Source of the DNA: an uncultured Alphaproteobacteria bacterium
GTDB taxonomy: Bacteria > Pseudomonadota > Alphaproteobacteria > RF32 > CAG-239
Assembly (NCBI GenBank): GCA_947630965.1
Contig: CANRJO010000003.1
Coordinates: forward strand, 798-64,797
DNA length: 64,000 nt
Reading direction: 5' to 3'
Part shown: positions 37,847 to 45,190 of the stretch, one piece after another
Numbering within the stretch: the first letter of the stretch is position 1
Layout: the number at the start of each line of letters is the position of its first letter
The notes under the pieces: generated by a model
Databases searched by the model: none
The model's input: only the letters and a program-made list of their open reading frames with translations
What the model was told of the DNA's origin: nothing
Program-made: the position numbers and the translations under genes

Positions 37847-38986
37847 TTAGAAAAAGTTTTCAAAACTATGTTGTATACCATCAAGATCATCCCCAATTCT
37901 ACCAAGATCTTGACCAGGTTTAACAACATTATTGTTCAGATCATCTCTAAATTTATGCTCCGTATCTTTTGTTTTATCAGCCCATTGGTTGAATTGAGAA
38001 TCCTTATCGTCAACCTTTTGGGAAAAATCAGTTTCACCACCGTTAAATCTGCGGCTAGCATTTCCCAAATCTTCTGTAACGTTTTGAGCGGAATCTACAG
38101 CATTATTAAAGCTTGAACCCACGTTATCTGCAGTTTTTCCCAGAGATCCCGCAAGTTTACCCAGTCTATCTAAAATGTCTCCATCTCCGGTCAAGGCATC
38201 ATACAGATCGCCGGCGCCACCAACGAGGTCTTCAATAGTGTTTTTAGCGTTTCCTCCGGCTCTCAAAGCATCTTGAACAGCAGTGACACCAGCTTTAAGT
38301 CCACCAACAAAATCACCCACTGTCACTTTACAGCCTGTTCCGCTGTTATTAGAGCCATTTTTGCAACATTTCATTTTACCACCAGTAGTTACAATTTTTT
38401 CACCATCACAAGGGGTAGATTCGTTCGTATAAGACCCAACGCCAAGCTCTTTCTCTAACTGTTCAAGTGCCTCGGGGCTCATACCGCCTAAACCGGGAAT
38501 ACCCGCAATCTCGTCATTTGGATTAAGATTAGGAATACCGCCATTCCCTGTGCCGCTACCACCTTGACCAGGGTTGGCGAAGTTTTGGTTGTTTTTATTA
38601 CCACTCTCATCGCCAATTTCCGAGCCAACAACGTTAGGATTATCCGGATCAATCAACATACCATAGTTCAGCTCCGGATCCGCCAAATTCGCCCCGCTGA
38701 AATAGTTAATAAAAGGCATCATAACGGAAAGTAAAAACAAACCAATACAAATGTAGCTTAAATGTTTGAAACTGATTTTGTTAAATATGGCAAGCACGGC
38801 AAACATAATAAGACCGAAGCCTGCAATAATATAAACAATTTTGCGGACATCTTTGACCGTTTCAATCATCTTGCTTGAGATAATGTCAAAAATGCTGCCA
38901 TTTGCTGCCCATGATGTTTCAGGCATAAAGCACAACATTGTAAGTGTGGCTATGAAAAAAAGCACTTTAGAATTGAACTTAAACAT
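37847..38986 (-). CDS. VirB2/TrbC-like pilin domain fused to ~280-aa G/N/D-rich C-terminal extension (P3)
   Basis: 379 aa with RBS AAGGAGGG and a signal peptide ending SWA-A. Core VRKIVYIIAGFGLIMFAVLAIFNKISFKHLSYICIGLFLLSVMMPFINY is paralogous to P1 and P2. The rest is low-complexity with a CDGEK..KCCKNGSNNSGTGC cluster. Confidence 0.6.
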   Translation of the reverse strand: MFKFNSKVLFFIATLTMLCFMPETSWAANGSIFDIISSKMIETVKDVRKIVYIIAGFGLIMFAVLAIFNKISFKHLSYICIGLFLLSVMMPFINYFSGANLADPELNYGMLIDPDNPNVVGSEIGDESGNKNNQNFANPGQGGSGTGNGGIPNLNPNDEIAGIPGLGGMSPEALEQLEKELGVGSYTNESTPCDGEKIVTTGGKMKCCKNGSNNSGTGCKVTVGDFVGGLKAGVTAVQDALRAGGNAKNTIEDLVGGAGDLYDALTGDGDILDRLGKLAGSLGKTADNVGSSFNNAVDSAQNVTEDLGNASRRFNGGETDFSQKVDDKDSQFNQWADKTKDTEHKFRDDLNNNVVKPGQDLGRIGDDLDGIQHSFENFF

Positions 38987-39012
38987 GACACCCTCCTTTA
39001 TAATGTTGTTTT

Positions 39013-39366
39013 TTAATCATCAGCAGCATTAATCAACGTATCGGTAATGCCGTTAACAGAAACATCAGCGCCGGTACCTGCCGTTAAGTATGTGAGCAAA
39101 CCACCGGTGCCGGCAATAACCACCAACCCAATGATAATGGCCGCCAACCACTTCCAGTTAAGCGCACCAAAAAGCGCACCAATTGCCACAGCAATAATGC
39201 CAAAGCCGGCGGCGCCCCAAATAATCTGCTTCATACCTTCAAAAATCTCAGCGCCTGTCGCGGTGAGGTTTTCAAAAACAGCATACGAATCAGCTGCGCA
39301 TAAAATTGAAGAAAGGACAAAAGCCCCCAAACCTGCAAATATATATTTCTTTAAATTTATACGCAT
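39013..39366 (-). CDS. VirB2/TrbC-like pilin protein (P2)
   Basis: 117 aa. Signal peptide followed by two hydrophobic helices, MKQIIWGAAGFGIIAVAIGALFGALNWKWLAAIIIGLVVIAGTGGLLTY. Confidence 0.6.
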   Translation of the reverse strand: MRINLKKYIFAGLGAFVLSSILCAADSYAVFENLTATGAEIFEGMKQIIWGAAGFGIIAVAIGALFGALNWKWLAAIIIGLVVIAGTGGLLTYLTAGTGADVSVNGITDTLINAADD

Positions 39367-39387
39367 CTTTTTCTCCCCTTATTTCAA

Positions 39388-39418
39388 ACAAGGGGAAAGC
39401 ACAAGGCTTTCCCCTTGT
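39388..39418 (-). promoter_or_regulatory. intercistronic 13-bp stem-loop after P1 (attenuator or mRNA stabiliser)
   Basis: The reverse strand reads acaaggggaaagc cttgt gctttccccttgt, followed by a weak U tract (ttgaaat). Confidence 0.5.
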
Positions 39419-39428
39419 TTTATTCCGC

Positions 39429-39788
39429 TTACATATTCAGGTTGTCTTGGAACGTATCGCCCATGACATCATTACCTTGGTGATCTGTTGTACCGGTTGC
39501 GTAGTCAACAATAGCACCGGCAGCAGCCAAAACAGCCAAGCCGAAAGCTAAACCCGCAAACCAAGGCCATTTCACTTTACCGAAAATGGCTTGGAACGCC
39601 AAAGCGATCAAACCGAAACCACCAATAACGAACACAATCGTTTTAACAGCGCCGAAAACCTTAGTGGCTTTTATTTTAGCGGTTGTCATAACGCTAGTTT
39701 GTTGAGCGGACGCATCGCCCACCAACGCCATCGTTAAAACTAAAGCGAGGGCAAACAATGTGTACATATTGTTTTTTAAGAATTTCAT
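39429..39788 (-). CDS. VirB2/TrbC-like pilin protein (P1)
   Basis: 119 aa with RBS AAGGAG and a signal peptide ending ASA-Q. Core VKTIVFVIGGFGLIALAFQAIFGKVKWPWFAGLAFGLAVLAAAGAIVDY. Confidence 0.6.
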   Translation of the reverse strand: MKFLKNNMYTLFALALVLTMALVGDASAQQTSVMTTAKIKATKVFGAVKTIVFVIGGFGLIALAFQAIFGKVKWPWFAGLAFGLAVLAAAGAIVDYATGTTDHQGNDVMGDTFQDNLNM

Positions 39789-39826
39789 CGATCTTCTCCT
39801 TTTGTATACAAAACTTCTACATTTTC

Positions 39827-39855
39827 AGAATACCAGATTTTGAGAATTTTTTCCA
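39827..39855 (-). promoter_or_regulatory. promoter candidate for P1-P2-P3 (TGGAAA-N17-TATTCT)
   Basis: On the reverse strand, -35 lies at 39855-39850 and -10 at 39832-39827, ~35 nt before the P1 ATG. Confidence 0.3.
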
Positions 39856-39871
39856 GTGTTTTCGACTTTCC

Positions 39872-39905
39872 TGATTTTGCGCCAACGCGTTGATTTTGCG
39901 CAAAA
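39872..39905. promoter_or_regulatory. possible operator: two 11-bp direct repeats plus two palindromes
   Basis: tgattttgcgc occurs at 39872-39882 and 39891-39901. Palindromes are caacgcgttg (39883-39892) and ttttgcgcaaaa (39894-39905). Confidence 0.3.
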
Positions 39906-40095
39906 CCCGCCGCGTGTAACAAAAAATTCATAAACCCTTCGGGTACCTGATAGGTCATATTTTATACATAAAGAGGTAAATATTTTGCTAATGAAGAGGA
40001 ATTAGTGTAAGGATGCTATACGGAGTTTACATCCGCCGCCGTACAGAGGGGTGCGGGGCGGATGAGCGGTTATACGTATTCCCATAAATTAACAC

Positions 40096-40213
40096 TTGAC
40101 TTTTCATAAAATACATGCTACATCTATACTTGGAAATGCTCGTTACACCGAAGCAGCTCCGTACGGAGTATGCAGAGCTCGACAAGAGAGGTAGGGTAAC
40201 GGGCGATTTTTTT
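40096..40213 (+). ncRNA. candidate small RNA (promoter TTGACT-N17-TACATC, ~80-nt transcript, intrinsic terminator)
   Basis: -35 at 40096-40101 and -10 at 40119-40124. A 9-bp closing stem gctcgttac (40138-46) / gtaacgggc (40196-204) is followed by gattttttt. An inner hairpin agctc/gagct has loop motif tacggagt. Confidence 0.25.
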
Positions 40214-40673
40214 ATTTAAATTGCCAGATATCTAATTTTGATTTTATGAGCTTTAACCACTTTTTTTGTTCAGGTGTCGCCGTGGGCGCATATGCATGAA
40301 TAACAAGCCCTACAATCATGTCTGCAAGCTGAATAAGCCGATTATTTTTAGAATCTTCATATTTGATTTTTGCAACAGAAGATTTTGCCTGTGTCCGTAT
40401 ATAATTAACAAGCTCTTTTTTAACGGTATCTTTTTTGCCATCAATTTTTATTGATGCACCATGCAGATTTGCATGCATTATAACTTGTTTTAAAAAATAA
40501 TTATAAAATTTGTTGGCGTCTTGACGAAGTTCTGCGCTTTGAACAATCATTTTATTAACGTAAATAGCCTTAACGCTAAAAGGATATTTTGCAATTTCAC
40601 TAAAAAATATTTCAATGTTTTTAAACATATGCCACAAAAGCAACCAAGTCAATAAATTTTCACATAAACACAA
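40212..40673 (-). pseudogene. DUF3800-family gene remnant (N-terminal part missing)
   Basis: The C-terminal signature NNRLIQLADMIVG and the mid region resemble DUF3800. No N-terminal DESG-type segment is present. The upstream sequence is occupied by a MITE and the CDF gene stop. Confidence 0.45.
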
Positions 40674-40697
40674 GGAAAAATAAAGCTACTTTTCCTC

Positions 40698-40791
40698 TCC
40701 TGGACTCTTCGCTCCGCTCAGAGTGACATAAGGTGCCTGCTCCGCGTCCGTCTCCGTAGGTCATTCTGAGGCGAAGCCGAAGAATCCAGGA
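40698..40791. mobile_element. 94-bp MITE-like palindromic element
   Basis: ~30-bp inverted arms are tcctggactcttcgctccgctcagagtgac and gtcattctgaggcgaagccgaagaatccagga. It creates the spurious ORFs 40660-40842 and 40718-40963. Confidence 0.65.
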
Positions 40792-40829
40792 CAATAAACT
40801 CATCCGAATCATCACTTTGAACACTGTAT

Positions 40830-41753
40830 TTAAAGTCGGCATTTGCCGTTGATAGTATCATCAAGGCGGATTTCTTTAATGCCATGAGGATCTTGATGAA
40901 TAATAACCTGCGCATTTGGAAAAAGTTTTTCAATTTTTTGTTCGGCTTTGGTGCAAATTTCATGCGCTTGAAAAAGCGTTAAATGGCCGTCCATTTCAAG
41001 ATGCGCCTCAAAGTAATAAACCCCGCCCAAATCACGGCTCCGCAAATCATGTACACCCTTAACGCCCTTCACGTTTAATAATGCGTCAAGCGCTCGCGTC
41101 CGAATTTCAGGCTTAAGCTCCCGATCCGTTAAATCTTCTAAGGCGTCTTTGCCAAGCCCATACGCTTGATAAACCAAATAAGCCGAAATCAAGAAGGCGG
41201 TAAAAGTATCAAACCAAGCGCAGTCAAAAAGCCTAACTGCTAAAAGCGAAACAATAATGGCGCCGTTTGTTAAAACATCCACCACATAATGCGCGCTATC
41301 GGCGGCAATAGCCCTTGAGTTTGTAAGCCGCGCCACACGGCGTTGGAAAAAAATCAACCCCATTGTCACGGCAAGCGAAATTCCCATAACAATAATGCCT
41401 GAAGCAGAGTGAGCCAAAGGCTGCGGCTCAATCAAGCGCATCACAGCGTCATACATTACAAAAAGCCCCGAACCAGCAATAAACGCCGCCTGCACGAGCG
41501 CGCTGATAGATTCGGCACGACCATAACCGTAACGGTGTTCACATGTTGCGGGCTTTGTGGAAAATCTAATGGCGGCAAACGTAATGACGGAAGCCACCAC
41601 ATCCGACAAACTGTCAATAAGGGAAGAAAGCACTGCCAAAGATCCTGTATAAAAGGCGCCAAAAGTTTTGAGCAAGCACAAAAAGACAGCCACGCCCACA
41701 GCCACGCACGCCGCCGTTTTTTTAAGACGTTCATTTTGTATGAAAGAGGGCAT
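40830..41753 (-). CDS. cation diffusion facilitator (CDF) family metal efflux transporter
   Basis: 307 aa with 6 TM plus a cytoplasmic C-terminal domain. Typical SLSDVVAS and HYVVDVLTN helices. Confidence 0.85.
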   Translation of the reverse strand: MPSFIQNERLKKTAACVAVGVAVFLCLLKTFGAFYTGSLAVLSSLIDSLSDVVASVITFAAIRFSTKPATCEHRYGYGRAESISALVQAAFIAGSGLFVMYDAVMRLIEPQPLAHSASGIIVMGISLAVTMGLIFFQRRVARLTNSRAIAADSAHYVVDVLTNGAIIVSLLAVRLFDCAWFDTFTAFLISAYLVYQAYGLGKDALEDLTDRELKPEIRTRALDALLNVKGVKGVHDLRSRDLGGVYYFEAHLEMDGHLTLFQAHEICTKAEQKIEKLFPNAQVIIHQDPHGIKEIRLDDTINGKCRL

Positions 41754-44700
41754 TTATCTTCTCCCATCTAGAGGCGGCAATTTCCACATACCGACCTTTC
41801 AAAAAGTCTTGAAAAAGCTCAAAACTCTTGTTTTCGGAATTATCCTTGACATCGTAGAAAACATAATATTTGTTCCCTGATTGATAAAATTTCAAGTCAA
41901 GCGACAAACCGTCTTCTGCTAAAATATTTAAATTCAAAAGCTCTGATTTTTTTGAAATTGAGTCTGTTACAGCCTCGAACGGTGTATTTAAAAGTTCCTT
42001 AGCAAGGTTAGCAAGCAGGTTGACATCTTCCGAACCATTCACGGCTTGCAAGCGCCCATAACGCATATTCCACGCGGTGCTATAAGTCCAATCGTGCCAA
42101 TCGGTGGAAAGGTCAATAAAATCAGCTTGCGCAAGCCATACTTGAAACAGATTGTCAAATTTCACATACGCCGCCATATTGCCCCGCCCAAGGTCTATGT
42201 TATACGCGCCCACCTCAAGCGTTTGCAACGTGGAACCTTTGTCATCAAAAAGCTCAATACGCGTGTTGGGCGAACCCTCTCTTTCAATCGGCTCAAGCCC
42301 GAAAGCCGCCAAGTTTTGCGCCTTGTCAGACTTTTTCTCATAAAACCGCGCTTCCATTAAGGCGCTTAAAAAACTCCGGATTCGTTCTTGATAAACCGCA
42401 AAATCAGGGTGTTCTAACAGCACCCATGTCTTGTCTTTTAACTCAAATGTCAGCGTGTTTTGGTGGCTTTTAAGCACAATTTTTGAAACATTGTTTATTT
42501 CATCGGGAAGAGCCGGAAGCAAAGGCTTATCCTCAAATTGTTCCAAAGAGGAGCGATTAAAGATATAAACAGATACAATCCCCGCAAGCAAAACACCAAG
42601 GGCACTCAAGCTCAACACAATCAACCCCTTGTTTATAAAACGCCTTTGAGCCTTAACAGATGTTTTTTGCCGCTTGTAATAAGCCCAAATCAACAGCCCC
42701 AAACTCAAAATGAGCGGCACGGCAAAAATATTTATAAACTTAATCAGCATTTCAATTTCATCAATATTTTGATTGATTTGTAGTCGTAGTTCACCAAGCT
42801 CAAAACGCGCCGTATCAAGCTTTTTGCGTACACCGCCAATCAGCGCGAGTTCATCAGGCGTAAACATCTCACGTTCTTCAAAAGTTTTTTTGCCCCAAAT
42901 TTCTTGAAGTTGTTCTTTTGCCTCGTCCAAGCGGTTTAAAATTTCTTCTTCTTTGACCTTGTAAGCAAACATATTTTCTCGCCTGAGAGCTTCTAAGCCC
43001 TCAAATGACCTATCGCGCTCGCTTTTACCGCGCAAAGGCATTAAATCCGGCATATTGCTTAAATAATCTAGGCTGTTCAAAATAAAGTCGGCATTGTTAA
43101 ACAGGGGCATAAAATAGGTTTTATCCAACATAGGCACAGGGGTTGTCCAGAAGTTGTTATAAATAAAATCCGTATCGCCCGCCACAATCAGCATAAACGG
43201 ATTTTCAGCCGTCTGCCCCAAGATGAGCGCCGCTAAAATTTTGGGGTTATCATCTTTTTTGAAATAAGAAAGAATCTCCCGCGGATTAAGTCCCTTATAA
43301 ACCATATCCATCGGCATTAAGGCAGAGTTTGCGCCCGCAGTCAAAAGCGGCGCAAAGCCTTTTTCATGCCCTTCCAACGGCATAATAACCGAGGCTGAAG
43401 AGAACAAAATATTTTTCAGATTTTGTGTGATTTCCGCTTTGGGGTTAAAATTATTTTTCCTGATTTTGAACTGAATCACATCTTGCGTAAACGTTGGGTT
43501 CGTGTCATAATTTTGCGTAGCGTCAACCGTAATGGAATTACCTAAATCAGCCACGACATATTCGTTATAAAACCGAAATCCCCAAAAAGCATCAAGCCCA
43601 AAAAGTTCAGAGGGCAACAGCGGGCTGTTTTCGGGGGAATAAAGCCTTGGAGCCTCTGCCGCTCCGTCCAAAAGAAGCAAAATTTTGCCATAATCGCGGC
43701 TATAATTTTTAATTGCCTCAACCATGGGCGCAGATAACATTTGCGGGTGAACAATCCACAAAATATCGGGTCTTTGCTCAAAATCAGACGGTTGGGAGAT
43801 GTTTCTGATGTCATAAAATTCTGAAACTTTATCATAAATAGCCCACGGCTGAGTAAGCATAGAATCTGTGCCGCCACCACCCAACGCCAAAGAAGAAATA
43901 AGTCCGATTGTCTTCTTTTTGTGCGTTAATTGATATACAAGCGAGGTCAGATCTTGTTCCAAATAAGCCATACGCTCGGGCATAAACATCGGGATAACTT
44001 TTTTGTTATTAAGCGTATCCGTCAGCGTCAACCCAAAAAGCGCATTTTGATTAAGATCAATCAGCGGAATGGGCTGCAAGCCATCGCCAATGGCGCGGTC
44101 TTCGGCATCATCCAAACTTTGCGGATGATAAATCCGATATTCAAATTTACCGTTTGAAGCATTTTTATATTGTTCAAGCAAAATCCGTACGCGGTCAAAC
44201 ATTTGCCGCATAGCGGGGTTACGTTGTTCCAAAATGGTTGAAAAATAAAGCTTGGCCGTTAGGGGTTCGGGCGCTTGCCGCAAAATTTTAACTGTGCTCG
44301 GGTTCAGCGTGTAAAGCCTATCTTGTGTAAGATCAGCCTGAATGCCGCGCGTGATATTATTCACCAGAAGATTAAACCCTAAAAAGCCAATCATCAAAGC
44401 ACACCATGCCCAAACATAGTAAGCTCGATTCGTTGAGTGTAACCACGAGGCCGTACCCGATGTTCTAAAGCTCACAATAAGCACAGTTGTGAAATTAAAA
44501 AGCAAAATCACAGAGGCAAAAAACAAAACATCAGCAAGCGTCACAATTCCGATAATAATGTTGTTAAAATGTGTCAAAAAGCTAAAGGACGCAATGGTAT
44601 CCACCAAATAATCAGGCAAGAAAAGCCTAAAAAATGCCAACACAAATTCTATGCCGCTCCAAAAAAAGAACAAATTGGCGGCAACCGCCAAAACCAAGGC

Positions 44701-45186
44701 AATAACCTGATTTTTGGTTAAGGCCGACATCGTTTGCCCCACAGCAAGCATAGCGCCAACCAACACAAGACTGCCAATATAGCCCGTTAAAATCACCAAA
44801 TTATCAGGCGAACCTAAAACATTAACCGTTATCCAAAAAACAAAGGTTAAAACAAGCGCCAATGCGCAAAACAGCCACGATGCCAAAAACTTGCCCCAAA
44901 CCAAAGTTGAGGGCAAAACAGGCATGGTCATAATCTGAACAACGGTTTTTGTTCTGAACTCCTCTGCCCAAAGGCGCATAGAAATGCCGGAGGCAAATAA
45001 AAGATAAAGCCACGGCTGATACCAAAACATCGGGTTAAGATTGGCTTGTCCGCGTTCAAAAAAATGCCCGAAATAAAAGGCGCACGCGCCATTCAAAAGC
45101 AGGAAAGAAACCAAATAAATATAAGCAAGCGGCGATGTAAAATAGCGCAAAAGCTCAAATTTTGTAACAATCCAAAGTTTTTTCAT
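41731..45186 (-). CDS. fused ABC-2 permease / GldG-like auxiliary domain / DUF4340-like domain
   Basis: Start at ATG 45186 (MKKLWIVTKFE, RBS AAGGAAAGG). ~290-aa polytopic ABC-2 permease. A GldG-type start follows (DLTQDRLYTLNPSTVKILRQAPEPLTAKLYFS), then 2 TM and a ~330-aa soluble tail. Confidence 0.7.
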   Translation of the reverse strand: MKKLWIVTKFELLRYFTSPLAYIYLVSFLLLNGACAFYFGHFFERGQANLNPMFWYQPWLYLLFASGISMRLWAEEFRTKTVVQIMTMPVLPSTLVWGKFLASWLFCALALVLTFVFWITVNVLGSPDNLVILTGYIGSLVLVGAMLAVGQTMSALTKNQVIALVLAVAANLFFFWSGIEFVLAFFRLFLPDYLVDTIASFSFLTHFNNIIIGIVTLADVLFFASVILLFNFTTVLIVSFRTSGTASWLHSTNRAYYVWAWCALMIGFLGFNLLVNNITRGIQADLTQDRLYTLNPSTVKILRQAPEPLTAKLYFSTILEQRNPAMRQMFDRVRILLEQYKNASNGKFEYRIYHPQSLDDAEDRAIGDGLQPIPLIDLNQNALFGLTLTDTLNNKKVIPMFMPERMAYLEQDLTSLVYQLTHKKKTIGLISSLALGGGGTDSMLTQPWAIYDKVSEFYDIRNISQPSDFEQRPDILWIVHPQMLSAPMVEAIKNYSRDYGKILLLLDGAAEAPRLYSPENSPLLPSELFGLDAFWGFRFYNEYVVADLGNSITVDATQNYDTNPTFTQDVIQFKIRKNNFNPKAEITQNLKNILFSSASVIMPLEGHEKGFAPLLTAGANSALMPMDMVYKGLNPREILSYFKKDDNPKILAALILGQTAENPFMLIVAGDTDFIYNNFWTTPVPMLDKTYFMPLFNNADFILNSLDYLSNMPDLMPLRGKSERDRSFEGLEALRRENMFAYKVKEEEILNRLDEAKEQLQEIWGKKTFEEREMFTPDELALIGGVRKKLDTARFELGELRLQINQNIDEIEMLIKFINIFAVPLILSLGLLIWAYYKRQKTSVKAQRRFINKGLIVLSLSALGVLLAGIVSVYIFNRSSLEQFEDKPLLPALPDEINNVSKIVLKSHQNTLTFELKDKTWVLLEHPDFAVYQERIRSFLSALMEARFYEKKSDKAQNLAAFGLEPIEREGSPNTRIELFDDKGSTLQTLEVGAYNIDLGRGNMAAYVKFDNLFQVWLAQADFIDLSTDWHDWTYSTAWNMRYGRLQAVNGSEDVNLLANLAKELLNTPFEAVTDSISKKSELLNLNILAEDGLSLDLKFYQSGNKYYVFYDVKDNSENKSFELFQDFLKGRYVEIAASRWEKINALFHTK

Positions 45187-45190
45187 CGGC

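Noticed and set aside
39785-39931. Unlisted 48-codon minus-strand ORF (MNFLLHAAGFAQNQRVGAKSG...) whose TGA overlaps the P1 ATG (ATGA).
   Set aside because: The coupling-like overlap is intriguing. However, the ORF spans the predicted promoter and operator repeats, has only a marginal RBS (GAAGGG) and has no recognisable features. I treat it as chance unless ribosome profiling says otherwise.
40011-40213. Considered a tRNA or tRNA fragment, group II intron domain V/VI, or retron msr/msd for the hairpin cluster.
   Set aside because: There is no cloverleaf or T-loop (GTTCRA). There is no domain V consensus. There is no reverse transcriptase gene anywhere in the window.
40660-40963. ORFs 40660-40842 and 40718-40963 (minus).
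   Set aside because: They read through the 94-bp MITE and the 3' end of the CDF gene. The peptides (HSERSEESR.., ASPQNDLRRR..) are typical translation artefacts of palindromic repeats.
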